Shown piece by piece: positions 1 through 12,415 of a stretch of 64,000 nucleotides of DNA. The notes under the pieces were generated by a model. It saw nothing but the letters and a program-made list of their open reading frames with translations. It did no database searches and was not told the origin of the DNA. A program made the position numbers and the translations under genes. Origin of the DNA: Ascoidea asiatica JCM 7603. Lineage: Eukaryota; Fungi; Ascomycota. Every line of letters begins with the position of its first letter. Within the stretch, counting starts at the first letter, position 1. The stretch spans positions 1,089,197-1,153,196 of the forward strand of contig BCKQ01000006.1 in NCBI GenBank assembly GCA_001600695.1, given 5' to 3'.

Positions 1-620
1 TTATTCTCAATATTTTTTTTATCATTATCATCTAAGTATAAAGGATCTGAACTTATACTTTGATTATTATTATTATTATTATTATTACTCGAATTTGAAC
101 TTGTATTTGAATCATTATTATTGTTATTGTTGTTGTTGCTGTTGTTAACATTATTATTTTGTAATTCACCAGTCCAAGCAATCAAATGAGTATCCCATTT
201 TGTTTGTTGATCTAAGAAATAAAAAGAAGAATATAAAGCAGAATTACCTCTAATATGTTTAATTGACCAATCATTTGTTTTTGCATCTTTGAATATTTGA
301 TTTGGTAAAACAGTTGTACAATTTAATATTCTTCCAGATAATATTGGTTTTTCAGAAATTGGAGTAGTATTTAACATTGAAGTTTGAATTGTATTTTGAT
401 TTGAAATTGAAGAAGAATTTAAATTAGATGAAGATGAAGATGAAGATGAAGAAACAGAAGCTGAATGTGATGGAGATACAGTTAATGGAGTAAATGATTC
501 AGGAGAAGAAAAAGAAGAAGAAGCAGAAGAAGCAGATACAGATTGTTGAGGAGGTTGAAATATTTTAGTATCAGCTGGAAAAGCATAAGCTTCTTCATCA
601 GGCTTATTGACAATTGTCAT
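1..620 (-). CDS. TPS2: Trehalose-6-phosphate phosphatase, 5' part (runs off window start)
   Basis: Manual translation from the ATG at 620 gives MTIVNKPDEE...GRILNCTTVLPNQI...WSIKHIRGNSALYSSFYFL...WDTHLIAWTGEL...SDPLYL. This matches the Tps2 N-terminus (RIINCVTQLP..GNSALFSS..WTGEI..DPLYL). Not in the ORF track because it is truncated. Confidence 0.9.
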   Translation of the reverse strand, partial: MTIVNKPDEEAYAFPADTKIFQPPQQSVSASSASSSFSSPESFTPLTVSPSHSASVSSSSSSSSSNLNSSSISNQNTIQTSMLNTTPISEKPILSGRILNCTTVLPNQIFKDAKTNDWSIKHIRGNSALYSSFYFLDQQTKWDTHLIAWTGELQNNNVNNSNNNNNNNNDSNTSSNSSNNNNNNNNQSISSDPLYLDDNDKKNIEN

Positions 621-876
621 TTTATAAGTGATAAAAGTAAGCAAATATCAGGAGTAATATAAGTGATAAAAAGAGTATCAAAAAAATAAAGAGAATAAAA
701 TACTAGTTGTGTTGTTGTTGATATTGGATATTTTATATTCAATGATTGATATCTTATATTGGATATTGAATATTGAAGATTAAAATACGAGAGACGTTGA
801 AGCAGCGAAAAGAGAGAGGAATCGAGCTGCATTTTATATCGATCAGAAGCGCGATAAACGCCGTAGCGCCATACTG

Positions 877-907
877 GAGCGACTCGAGCGACTCGAGCGA
901 CTCGACT
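877..907. repeat. 9-bp tandem repeat GAGCGACTC x3.4 in the GC-rich divergent TPS2/SMF1 promoter
   Basis: Read directly from the sequence. Confidence 0.85.
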
Positions 908-2196
908 GCGGGAGGAGAGGAGGCCCAACGATCCTCCGCGCGCGCTGTCGAACGTGGGCCCGTGGTGTCTCTCCTCTGTCTTTCTTCTGTCTTTCTTCTC
1001 TGCAGTGTCTTTGGCGGTGAGTCTCCCGGAGCATTCAGAATCACCACCACTTTCTTTACTTTCTTCACTTTCTTCTTTTCCACCACTTTCGCCACTTTCA
1101 CCATTCGATCCTTTTTATTTTCTAATTTCCTTTTGTTTCCCTTCTTTTTACTGTACCGGTAAATCTACTTGAATTCAAACAAAACACAATCATTCAAAAC
1201 AACAAAAACAACCCATTTAAACTTAAAGATTTGCTTTTTTATGTCTAAGACATTCGTTCTTTCGCTTCCACGAGAAAAGATTAGATTGGTCTTTTGTAAA
1301 AATACTGAAAATTAATAGTAAACTCTCACTCCATTAAAATTCTTCGAATCAAATTGGATCTTTTGATTCATTATCCAATTCAATTATATTCATATTCATA
1401 TTCATATTCATTTTACTATCCATATCAATATTTATCCTCATATTCTTATTCTTTTTTTGTAATTGTCATTGTAATTCTCGTTCAAAGTCATATTCATTTA
1501 TTCGACATCAAATCATCGAATCAAATTAAATAGTGCCAATTCAATTAAATTAAATGCAATTAATTTAAATTGGATTTCACCTTAAAATCAATTTCCTCTA
1601 TTATTTCTTTTTATTTTCACTCTGAATGTCGATTCCTATTCGTTTACATCAACTGGTAAATAAATAATCTGAAGTTGAAAAACTAAAATCTAAAATCTAA
1701 AATCTCAAGTATTTTATCTGCAATGTGACTCTTTACTCTATGTTTACCCTTTCTTTCAATAAGTAATTCCTAACCTAACATAACCCATAATGTAATTTAA
1801 AATCATTTAATATATTATCTCAATATTATTCTCCCTCTCCCTATTTTCTTATCTCACATATCTGAATAATTTATCCGGATTTTACTCTTATTAACTTACA
1901 CTCCACAATAATCATTACCTTTCTTACATTACCGGTAGGTATCCTTTACTGCCACCCTTACCACAGTAACGTTACAGATTTAAGTCTAATTAATCCGTTG
2001 TCAAATTTATTTGACTACCGATGTTAAATATTAGATATTCAATATTCACTATTGAATAATAATAATAATAATAAAAACTGAATAACTTTATTATTTCTTA
2101 ATCAAATTCCTCATATAATTTATTTTCTTTATATCTTTTTTATTTTGATTTGGTATCATTATCATTATTCATTAACAATACCTATATTTCAATCAT

Positions 2197-4131
2197 ATGT
2201 CTCCTTTAAATAATTTCCCTTTAAATAATTTCCCTTTAAATAATTTCCCTTTAAATAATTTCCCTTTAAATAATTTCCCTTTAAATAATTCCGCTTTAGT
2301 TCCTTCTAATTCCAATTCTACTTCTGCTTCTGCTCCTGTTTCTACTTCAAGATTTAATACAATAAACGATCTAGATCCTATTACTTTATTTCAAAGTACT
2401 TTATCTGGTGGTATAAGATCTTCAAATAGTATCACCAATAATATCACCAATAATAGCAATAATAAGAAGAAAAGTAAGAATATCAATGAGAAATTATCTG
2501 AAGTTTCTGAAGTTATTAAAGTTGATAAATCCAATAAACATGTTTCATATTTACTTTCAATTTTCAAAAAATATTTAAAGTTTATTGGTCCAGGTTTAAT
2601 GGTATCTGTTGCTTATATGGACCCTGGTAATTATTCAACTGATGTCCAAGCTGGTGCAAAAAATAAATACTCTTTATTATTTATAATATTGTTATCCAAT
2701 CTAATTGCTATTTTTTTACAATCTTTATGTATAAAATTAGGCTCTTCAACTGGCTTAGATCTTGCAAGAATTTGCAAAAAATATTTGCCAAATTATTTAA
2801 ATATTATTTTGTATTTCTTTGCAGAATGTGCAATAATTGCAACTGATATTGCTGAAGTTATTGGTACTGCAATAGCTTTAAATATTTTATTAAAAATTCC
2901 TTTATCCGCTGGTGTAATAATAACTTGCATTGATGTACTTTTTGTTCTATTAGCTTATAAACCTGGTTCCTCATTAAATTTTGTTAGATTATTTGAATAT
3001 TTTGTTGCTTTATTAGTTCTTGCCGTTGTTATTTGTTTTTCAATTGAACTAGCTTTTATTTCAAATGTAAATTTAAAAGAGTTATTTAAAGGTTATTTGC
3101 CTTCAAATCAAATTTTTAAAAATAATGGTATTTATACCTCTGTTTCAATCTTAGGTGCAACTGTTATGCCTCATTCTTTATTCTTAGGTTCTGCTTTAGT
3201 TCAACCAAGATTGAGAGAATATGATTTAGATAATGGTTATATTAAATTAAATTCTTCTAATTCATTAAATTCAAATCCGGATTCAAACCTTAGCTCAAAT
3301 AATAACAATAATAATAATGATGATGAGGATGATTATTATAATTATAAACCTTCTGCAAATGCAATTAAATATGCTTATAAGTATTCTGTAATTGAATTAA
3401 CTATAACTTTATTCACTTTTGCTTTATTCGTTAATTCTGCAATATTAATTGTATCCGGTTCAACCTTATATGGTAATTCTGATGCTGTTGATGCTGATTT
3501 ATATTCAATTCATGATTTATTATCAACTTCTTTAGCTCCAATAGCTGGTACTATTTTTATGCTAGCTTTATTATTTAGTGGCCAAAGTGCTGGAATAGTT
3601 TGTACAATTGCTGGACAAATTGTTTCTGAGGGTTTTTTAAATTGGACTTTAAAACCTTGGCTTAGAAGAATAATTACAAGAGGAATTGCAATTATACCTT
3701 GTTTAATAATTACTTTGTCAATTGGAAAAGATGGTTTAAGTTTAGCCCTAAATGCATCTCAAGTTGTTTTATCTATATTATTACCTTTTTTAACCGCTCC
3801 TTTGATATATTTTACTTCATTAAAAAAATATATGAATGTTGAAATTAATTCAAACTCAGATGAATTTGACAATATCATAAATAATTCTACTACTATTATT
3901 ACTGATATTACTAATGATACTGATGCCAATAACAATAACAATGATAATAATATCAATGATCAACTCACAGAAGAAAATAATTCCGAATCTAAGGAATTAG
4001 AAACCAAAAGTTATTTAGATATGTCAAATAATTTATTCACAACCATTCTTGCTATTGCAATTTGGATTTTTATAACTATTCTAAATGTTTATGTTATTGT
4101 TAATATGGCCATGAATGGTATTGATGATTAG
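2197..4131 (+). CDS. SMF1: NRAMP-family divalent metal (Mn2+) transporter
   Basis: Motifs AYMDPGN, GATVMPHSLFLGSALVQPRL, GQSAGIVCTIAGQIVSEG and LNASQVVLSILLPF. The C-terminal half is closest to Smf1 from recall. Confidence 0.9.
   Translation: MSPLNNFPLNNFPLNNFPLNNFPLNNFPLNNSALVPSNSNSTSASAPVSTSRFNTINDLDPITLFQSTLSGGIRSSNSITNNITNNSNNKKKSKNINEKLSEVSEVIKVDKSNKHVSYLLSIFKKYLKFIGPGLMVSVAYMDPGNYSTDVQAGAKNKYSLLFIILLSNLIAIFLQSLCIKLGSSTGLDLARICKKYLPNYLNIILYFFAECAIIATDIAEVIGTAIALNILLKIPLSAGVIITCIDVLFVLLAYKPGSSLNFVRLFEYFVALLVLAVVICFSIELAFISNVNLKELFKGYLPSNQIFKNNGIYTSVSILGATVMPHSLFLGSALVQPRLREYDLDNGYIKLNSSNSLNSNPDSNLSSNNNNNNNDDEDDYYNYKPSANAIKYAYKYSVIELTITLFTFALFVNSAILIVSGSTLYGNSDAVDADLYSIHDLLSTSLAPIAGTIFMLALLFSGQSAGIVCTIAGQIVSEGFLNWTLKPWLRRIITRGIAIIPCLIITLSIGKDGLSLALNASQVVLSILLPFLTAPLIYFTSLKKYMNVEINSNSDEFDNIINNSTTIITDITNDTDANNNNNDNNINDQLTEENNSESKELETKSYLDMSNNLFTTILAIAIWIFITILNVYVIVNMAMNGIDD
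2203..2292 (+). repeat. Coding 15-bp minisatellite CCTTTAAATAATTTC x6 (PLNNF)
   Basis: Near-perfect tandem copies immediately after the start codon. Confidence 0.95.
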
Positions 4132-4525
4132 ATGTTTTGTTATATTCATAAACTATATCTTTTTGTACTTCTTTATTTGTATTGGTGCTTTTTTTTTTCT
4201 TTTTTTTCTCATATTTTTCTACTTTATTTTTAGTTTTGTATTTTTAAGAAACATTTATTTTTATTAAAAGTTGAAAAAAACCAGTAGATCGATCCACAAA
4301 AAAATCTAAAAAAGTTTAAAAAAAAACTATACAACAGGGGAAAGTAAATAAATAAATTAAATGAGTTATCATAAGGAAAACAATTACAAGCTAAAAAAAA
4401 CTTTGAATTGAATCAAATGAATTAAAAAAATAAAAATTAATTTTTGAAAAAATAAACATAATATAACAAATAAGCAAAAAAAGAAAGCATTTTAAAAGAA
4501 GAATGGCTTAACCAAAAATAATCAA

Positions 4526-6352
4526 TTAAGAATTAAATAAAAGAGAAGTTTTACTTTTGAATTGAACAGGATTAGATGTTGTGAGTAATTTAGAATCTTT
4601 ACTTATATTATTGTTGGCTTCTGAATGTTTTATATTAGTGATATTATTCAGATTAATATTTGAAGAAGTATTAGAATTATCATTTGAAGAAGAACAATAA
4701 AATAAATCGGGAAGATTTGGTAATTTATCATTCTGTTGATTATCATTTAAATTTAAAACTTGATTCAGATCTTCAATTCTTTTCAGAGACAGAGTTTTAT
4801 TAGCATTTGAATTATTAAAACTATGAGGAGGTAATGGTGGTAGAGAAGTTCCTGGACTTATACCACTTCCTGGAAAAAATTGAAATTCGGGTGACACGCC
4901 ATTTGCATCACCATTAATTTGAAAAGTTGACATTGGATTAGTATAGTTAAAATCTTTAAAAATTGAATCTTTACCTGAAACAATATTATCAGAATTATTA
5001 ATAGTATTATCAACACCTCCATAGGCTAATAAAAAGTCTTGAGGAGCTAATGGAGTTAGTTCATTTGATTGTATTTTATTAGAAGTAATTTGTTGATTTA
5101 ATTGTAAATTATATTTCGGCTGTTGAAATTTGATATAATTATTGTTACTGTTATTGTTTAGATTATTGGTTATATTATAATCAAAAAAGGGATTTCTGAA
5201 ACGAATATCATCAGCTTTTGAAGTATTTTTATTATTTATATTGTTAATAGGTTTATTTAAAAATAAATTTTTTCTTAAAGAAGAATATGCATTTGAATTA
5301 TTTGAATTTAATATCATTTGACTATTTGGATCATTTGCATAAGGATAATTATCAATAAATTGATTCAAAGAAGTATTATAATCTTGAGAATAATTCAATT
5401 GATTATAAATAATTAATAATAATATTAAAAGATCTAGAATTGATAAAATTAAATGATAATAATCATCTGAATCAAATTTTCTAAAATTTATAATTAGTAG
5501 GTTTTTTCTGTCAAATTTTAAATGATTATCATTATTAAATATAAGAGACAAATTTGATATAATATTTAATAAGAAAAATAATTTTGAAATTGAGATAACT
5601 TTATGAGATAATAAAATTGAAGATATTAAAAAAATTCTTGAAATAAAATAAAAAAAAATTGAAAGACAAGTTAATATAAATATAGATTTATAAAGTTTAT
5701 AAAATAATTGTTGATTTTGATCATTATTTGGAGATTTTTTTTTTTTTTTTTTTTTTTTAAACATATTAAAAGATATATCTAAACTTGAATCTAAATGTAA
5801 ATTTAATGAATGTATATCTATATCAATATCTATAGGTGAAGCATGAGCGGTTGGTAATTTTGAAGATATAAATAATATTGAAGATTTGATTAAAGAATTA
5901 TTTGAATCATTTGAACTTATAGTATTTGTAGTATTTGTAGTTATATTTGTATTACGCCTAATATTATTTGATCTTTTATAATTTTTATAATAAAACTTTT
6001 GAAATATTAATATTAAATCTAGAAATAAATACCAAAAATATATTAATAAATGGCAATTTATATTGTTATCATCCTCATTTTTATGTTGGTTATTATTTTG
6101 ATTAGAAATAAATTGAATATCTATTGAAGATAATTTTATAGTAAATATAAATATTAATAAAGAAGAAATATCGTATAAAAACCAAGAATATAAGAATGGA
6201 AAAGATAGAGAAAAATTTGAATTTTTATAAGTATAATTTTTATAAATCTGAGGTAATTTTGCAAATAATGGAATAATAATAGAAATTTTTGAAGAAGATA
6301 ATAGTGATTTCATAAATTTTATTATTTTAAAGAATAAAAATATTGGAGCCAT
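4526..6352 (-). CDS. Divergent PQ-loop family membrane protein (Ypq/Rtc2-like) with long low-complexity C-terminal tail
   Basis: FAKLPQIYKNY...LSFPFLYSWFLYDI is a first PQ-loop signature, followed by several hydrophobic segments. Confidence 0.65.
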   Translation of the reverse strand: MAPIFLFFKIIKFMKSLLSSSKISIIIPLFAKLPQIYKNYTYKNSNFSLSFPFLYSWFLYDISSLLIFIFTIKLSSIDIQFISNQNNNQHKNEDDNNINCHLLIYFWYLFLDLILIFQKFYYKNYKRSNNIRRNTNITTNTTNTISSNDSNNSLIKSSILFISSKLPTAHASPIDIDIDIHSLNLHLDSSLDISFNMFKKKKKKKKSPNNDQNQQLFYKLYKSIFILTCLSIFFYFISRIFLISSILLSHKVISISKLFFLLNIISNLSLIFNNDNHLKFDRKNLLIINFRKFDSDDYYHLILSILDLLILLLIIYNQLNYSQDYNTSLNQFIDNYPYANDPNSQMILNSNNSNAYSSLRKNLFLNKPINNINNKNTSKADDIRFRNPFFDYNITNNLNNNSNNNYIKFQQPKYNLQLNQQITSNKIQSNELTPLAPQDFLLAYGGVDNTINNSDNIVSGKDSIFKDFNYTNPMSTFQINGDANGVSPEFQFFPGSGISPGTSLPPLPPHSFNNSNANKTLSLKRIEDLNQVLNLNDNQQNDKLPNLPDLFYCSSSNDNSNTSSNINLNNITNIKHSEANNNISKDSKLLTTSNPVQFKSKTSLLFNS

Positions 6353-8240
6353 TATTTGTATAGAATAATGTTTAATATTATAATATATATTTATATATAT
6401 ATATTTGAGTAATATTATTTAATATAATAAAATATTGTAGGATATCATAATATATTTATATAAAATAATATATATCCAGATTTATTTGATAATGAAAATG
6501 AAAATGCTAAAAAAAGACAATGATAAGATTTTTTTTTTTTATTTTGACTGATAAGTTTAATTTTAATTTAAGAAAAAGATAAGAAAATTTGAAGTTGATT
6601 ATAAAATAAAGAAATTTGTTTGTCTAGGATTTATAAGACTAATTAGATTAATTAGATTAGTTAGATTGATTATTGAATACAGTCTGTAATGGGTTTTATA
6701 AAATACTCGAGTAAATATATTTTTGGTAGTTATTGTGAAATGGTAGAATGAATGAGGTTATGAATTAAGGATTGGATTGAAGAATCGACTTATATTACAA
6801 ATTTATTAGATATTGCAGTTATGGATTATAATATATTTGATATAAATTATTATATTTGAGATTATATTCTAGGATATTTATAGTTAGTTATTACTCGTTG
6901 AATATAAAGTATAAATAAAGATAAATAAAGATAAATAAAGATAAATAAAGATAAAGAAAGATAAAATATTTCACGAGTGAATGAAATTATATTATTTGAG
7001 CATGCGAAACAAAGATCTCGAAATGGTCAGGAAATGGGAATGCCCTTACATCTGAGGCTACAGCTACAACTAACTTTACTGCGCTCTTCAGCTTATCTAA
7101 TCTTCCTGGGCTCGATTTCTCTCCTTTGTTCTCGTTTTTTTCTCGTTTTTTCTCGTTTTTTCTCTGGTTTTTCTCTGGTTTTCCAGCAGATCTTCAAAAT
7201 ACTCGAACAAAAGCTGCAAATGTTTCAAAAGCTCTAGAAGTTGCCAAACTTGATGAGGAAATGAAATAAAATACAAGAGAGCTAGTTATTCTCTTATTAC
7301 AGCACTGACAGTAACAGTCACTGATCATTTCTGTTACTGTTCTGCTGCTTGGTTGATTTGGAAGTGAAATAATCAACAAATGCCATTTGGCACGTGATTT
7401 CGGAGCCTTAAGGTCGGCATGCTGGCTCATAACCGGAATAGTCGGATGTTACGGAATTGGAAACTGTTCAGACGCCAGAATATATAAATCAGAGTGGCCT
7501 AATTTAGAGTGCGTTGTAATAACGATAGCTGCCTTATCTTACACATCTTCTGCGATTTTCCAATTTTATGTATTTTTTCTTTTTTCAGTAATTATTGATA
7601 AGAATGACTTCCGGGGACAGCTCTATTGTACAGTACCATGGTGCTACCGGTACCGCTCTGGGCTCTATCAAACCTCATACTCTATCTCAGCGTGGGTTAA
7701 GAATAACGTAGATGAAACAATAAAAGAAAGCCAAAAATTAAAAATTAAAAATTAAAATATAAAAATTAAAATATAAAATGTAAAATGTAAGATAAAAAAT
7801 AAAGAATAAAGAATAAAGAATAATCTCCACTAACTTATAAAACAGGAAAGCTCACAGTTCATGATTGCAATCCTACCAATTGGTAGCTACATCTTTGACA
7901 ATAATAACTAATCTTGATAACTAAAACAACTGAAACAACTGAAATAACTGAAATAACTGAAATAACTGAAATAACTATACTATAATAAAATAACTCCAAA
8001 AAAATTGATAAAAGAAGAAAAAGATTAACCATTAGTTTTAGAAAATATTAAAGTCTCAAAACACTAGGATTTAAAGATATAAGCTTAAATAAACATGTTG
8101 AGGATGAAAAAAACAAAAAAAATGTGCTTTGAAAATATGTCAAAAAAAAAATGATTATAGTACTTTTCGAAATATAGGAAAGAAAAACAGATCAAAGCTT
8201 GAAAAATAAAAAGAGTGAATTATTGAATATATTTAAATTT

Positions 8241-8716
8241 TTAATTTAAAATATTACTTAATGATAAAGGCAATGGTATTCCATTTAAGTCAACTTCTTT
8301 TGTTTCTTTAATACAATTAATATTTTCACAATTTAAAGTTAACGAATCAATAAAATTAATTCTTTTTTTAATTTCTTCTTCAGTTTTATTCGGTAATAAA
8401 ATATTAATTTCAAAAAAGTTCAAATTTTTAGATTTTCTTGTTCTAATTAATCTATCTTCATCTGCTGTCCATATATTACAATATATATTACAATTTTCAT
8501 AATCATAATCACAGTTACCATTATAATCACTAATACATTTGAAATTATATTTAGAGTTATAATTTGAGTTGTTGAAGTTATTACTTTTATTAAAACATGG
8601 AGAAAAAGAAGATGAAGATGAAGATATAGATGACACTGAAGATATTGTAGAAAAAGAATTGAAAGGTGATGTTAAATTAGAGTTGCAATTGTAATTAGAA
8701 TTAAATGACAGAGATA

Positions 8717-8747
<31 letters not shown>

Positions 8748-9509
8748 ACTTGTTCTATTATTATCTTGTATGGGTATATATGATCTAGTTGGAGATGATA
8801 AATCATTATTAAGTTTATTTGATGAAAAATTTTGATTCTTTTTTGGAGATGAAAGAAAAATAAAATTATTAAAAGAAGATACTTTTTCTGATTCACCATT
8901 ATCGATTTTTGATAATTGATTCAATCTACTTATGTTATTATTCAACATACTAGAAGAATTACAATTACTGTTTGTTTTATCTTCATTAGATATATTAAAG
9001 TGCGTAGAAGTACCAATAGTTGAAGCTAAAATTGAAACAGGAGTACCAGAAGAAGATGAACATGCCAAAGATTTGGTTAAAATTGATACAGGGGAATTTA
9101 AAGAACTTAAAGAATTAAGAGAGTTCAAAGAAGTAAAAGAACTAAGTGGAGCCATTGAAGAACTTGATGCATTTTTCAAAGATCCAGATTTCAATCTTCT
9201 CCAACGAAATTGACAAGCATTTGGTGTTCTATTTTCAAAATGGGTAGAAATTTGTTTCCATCCTAGCTTTTTCACTTCTTTTAAAAACCTTAGCTTTATA
9301 TCATCTATTGGATCCCAGGAGCTTGGACTTCTATTTATTTTTTTTGATTTCAAAATAGTTTTATTATCTGTTGTTTTATTAACAAAATTATTATCAATAT
9401 TACCAACATCTTTTCTGATAATATTTTTTTTATGTTGACTTAACGATTTTGATTCGTTTTTGATTATATTCAAATCTTTTGATATTACTTTATCAACTGA
9501 TAAACCCAT
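8241..9509 (-). CDS. DOT6: Myb/SANT-domain ribosome-biogenesis (PAC) repressor, Dot6/Tod6 family
   Basis: SSWDPIDDIKLRFLKEVKKLGWKQISTHFENRTPNACQFRWRRLKSG is nearly identical to Dot6/Tod6. A second Myb-like motif (WTADED) lies near the C-terminus. Confidence 0.9.
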
Positions 9510-10575
9510 TTTTTTTAAATTAATAATTCTATGTTTCCAAATAAAAGATTAATTTTCTGTCTATCTTTCTGCTTTAGTTTTTCCTTTATAGATTTATTTT
9601 CAGTATTATTAAGAAAGTAAATAGATTTATTCATAAGATTAATGTTGTTAAATAAAAAATTTATATGATATAATAAAACCAAGCTTAGTATAATACAATA
9701 TAATATAATATAATATGATATAATATAATATGATATAATATAATATGATATAATATAATATAATCTAATATAGGATTGACTTATAATATAGGAATTTATT
9801 AGTTAATAAACGTATAGATATCAAAATAATACAAAATATTTAGATACTCTAAAAAATATATAAAAAAAAAAAAAAAAAAAATTAAGAGGAATCATTATAA
9901 TATATAAGCAAATGTTATAAAAAGACAAGGATGAGCTGAGCTGGGGTGAGAAGAGAAAATATGAGAAGGAGCAGAGATGAAGTTTGAAAGTTTAGATAGT
10001 ATGAAATTGATTTCAGATCTAATAGTTAATAGGCCTTGAATTTTTTAGCAGAACTTCGAAGTTCAATAAAATTTATTGAATTTAATGTGGAAATAATAAG
10101 AAAAAACATCTTTATTTTTATTCTCAACTTACACTTTCATTTTCCCAGGCATAAATCTTTAAAGGGGAGAGAAATTTGAAAATCAGATCAAACTACAAAG
10201 AGATTTCGAACTTACTCTGCTTGAGCAAATATTCATTTAAATGTCCCAAAAGCGAAGGGAAGTCACTATTTGCGTATTTATCGCGTGTCGCCTGCTTCTT
10301 TCCTGTCTTCTTCTAGCCTTCTTATTGCTTTTTTGCTGCCTTTCCACTGCGGTACCTCAGCCTGATCAGAAAGTTATACAGGAGTGGGTGTGCGGGAAAA
10401 TTGCTAATGGCAAACCTCTTCCTCGCATTTTTCTTCTTCAACGCTGCGCTATTGATTGTTTGTGTTTTTGAAAAAAATACGCCTTGAACCTGATCCTATG
10501 TGGAATAGGATTTAATACCTATTCCCATTACTGGTGTAGTTACAGCAAAACAATCACATAATTCTTTGAAAGATC

Positions 10576-11470
10576 TGGTGAATATTGCATCTTTTTCAAC
10601 TATTAATTTACAATCATAAATTCTTTTGATTTATGTTTTGTTTTATTTTTGTTTTAATATTTGGTTATGTCACATGTTTTAGTTACAACCAATGTATATG
10701 TTTTAAAAAAGTTCTAAATATATGGTTTTGAATTTAATTTCAACTATTATTTTGGATGATAATAAATTTACGTTACCTTAACGTTCAAAAGGCAAGGTAA
10801 ATATTGTATGGTGAAACTATGATTATTAACTAAAGTTGGTAGTGTTTTAGATAAACTGCCTTTTTGTGAGAAAGGCAAGTTTATCATATGGCTGCGAAGT
10901 GAAATTGGTTTATTTGTTTAGCTGAATTATTTAAAATGTATATTATCTATATTTAATTGGTTATCTTTCAATGTTGCGTTTATTAACTGATTTTACTGGT
11001 CAGTGATTCTTTTGTTGGAGTGAACTTTTGTTTTTATTACAGTAAAGTTCAATTGTGTTTTGAGGTTGTTTGTTTTGGTGATTTTGTTTAATCAAAATCA
11101 ATTTTCTCCTATTTTGTTTTAATGTTTTGTAATTAATTTGTATGTGTTTTAGTTTTAAAAATTAATTTTTTTTTTATTTAACAAATTAGTTTTGTTTTCA
11201 AATTGTTATAAATAAGTCGAATATTTTTTGTTTATTTTTTTTTATTTATTTAAATTTTGTTTTAAATTATCTTAGTTTATTATATATAATTGTTTATTAT
11301 ATTATCTACATTTGTTAATATTATTTTATTATTATTACTTTTAATTATTTTATTTGATTAATAAATTAAAGCTTTATTTAAGATCACGTTTTACATATAA
11401 ATTGTTTTGAAATGTCTGTTCTAAGTCTTGAAAAAGAACATAGCTTTTTGTCTGTCTCGAACTCTCTTCT
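10576..11470 (+). repeat. 5' LTR (~895 bp)
   Basis: Starts with TG after AGATC and aligns with 16799-17694 at roughly 85-90% identity by eye. Ends TTCT where the 3' LTR has TTCA. Confidence 0.9.
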
Positions 11471-11882
11471 TGGTAGCGCTGCAAATAATATAACTGATCA
11501 AGTTTCTGGAATTGATAATACTTTTGGAAGCATCATGGATGATGATAATAATACAGATGATGGACTTAATGAACCCAACCATTTTACTAGTCAAGTAAAA
11601 TTGACTTCAGACTCAAATCATGGTGGTACTTTAAAACTTTATTATGCTTTCAATTATGCTAAAGTTATCGGTGTTTTAAAGTCTATATCCAAATGGAATT
11701 TATGGTATGCTGACTTCGGAAGAGTTATTGGTATGTTGGGAATCAAAACTGTATTACAAAAAAGTATTCCTTTCACAGAATTTGATGATAATATTTCAGA
11801 TATATTAAATCATATTCTTACTCTATGTGTTGGTGATAGTTTTAGCAGGATTTTTAGACCCTTTATCTCATGGTGTGCTTAA
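11412..11882 (+). CDS. LTR-initiated ORF, probable Gag N-terminal fragment
   Basis: The ATG lies inside the LTR (also present in the 3' LTR) and the frame reads through the PBS, as Ty1 GAG does. VLKSISKWNLWYADF..MLGI resembles the capsid N-terminal motif. Confidence 0.5.
   Translation: MSVLSLEKEHSFLSVSNSLLGSAANNITDQVSGIDNTFGSIMDDDNNTDDGLNEPNHFTSQVKLTSDSNHGGTLKLYYAFNYAKVIGVLKSISKWNLWYADFGRVIGMLGIKTVLQKSIPFTEFDDNISDILNHILTLCVGDSFSRIFRPFISWCA
11471..11482 (+). other. Primer-binding site complementary to the 3' end of initiator tRNA-Met
   Basis: TGGTAGCGCTGC directly after the LTR; the Ty1 PBS is TGGTAGCGCC. Confidence 0.9.
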
Positions 11883-12271
11883 TTTGAGAAACTTGGTTGC
11901 CAGGGTGTAATATTCTCAACGATCCTACTCACCCAATACGATAATCAATATCACCACGTGTCGACGAGTAATTAAATAGCAGCTCAAAATGCTTACAATC
12001 AAAAACCAAAGGTACAACCAACGAAGTGCAACAAAAAGGGGGGGGGGTGATCCAAAAAATTAGATTTATTATTTTAATTTTACTGTTTAATATATTGATT
12101 TAAAATCTTTTATTGTTTATTAAGTTTTAACTCTTAAAATTGCTTGATTGTTGCTAATTATTCAGATAAATTATAATGAGAAAAAAAGAAATATAAGAGT
12201 ATTTATATAGAATTTCAAGGCATCAATATATACAAAAAAGTTGTTTAAAAAGTAGTAGAACAAGTAAAAAC

Positions 12272-12415
12272 TAATTGTTGAAATTGTAAAATTGCAAAAT
12301 GAAAAATTTAAAAATAATTGTTGAAACTGTAAGATTGTAAATACTAAAACTGACTAATAATTGTTAAAATTGTAAACTTGTAAATAGTAAAACTAAAAAA
12401 TAATTGTTGAAATTG
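12272..12415. repeat. 43-bp tandem repeat x3.4 inside the retroelement leader
   Basis: TAATTGTT(G/A)AA recurs at 12272, 12315, 12358 and 12401. Confidence 0.85.

Noticed and set aside
617-1172. Five overlapping short ORFs
   Set aside because: Products of a GC-rich, repetitive promoter patch between TPS2 and SMF1; no motifs.
6977-7755. Three short ORFs or a possible ncRNA
   Set aside because: Non-ATG or low-complexity frames in a GC-rich upstream patch; no recognisable tRNA, snRNA or snoRNA signature.
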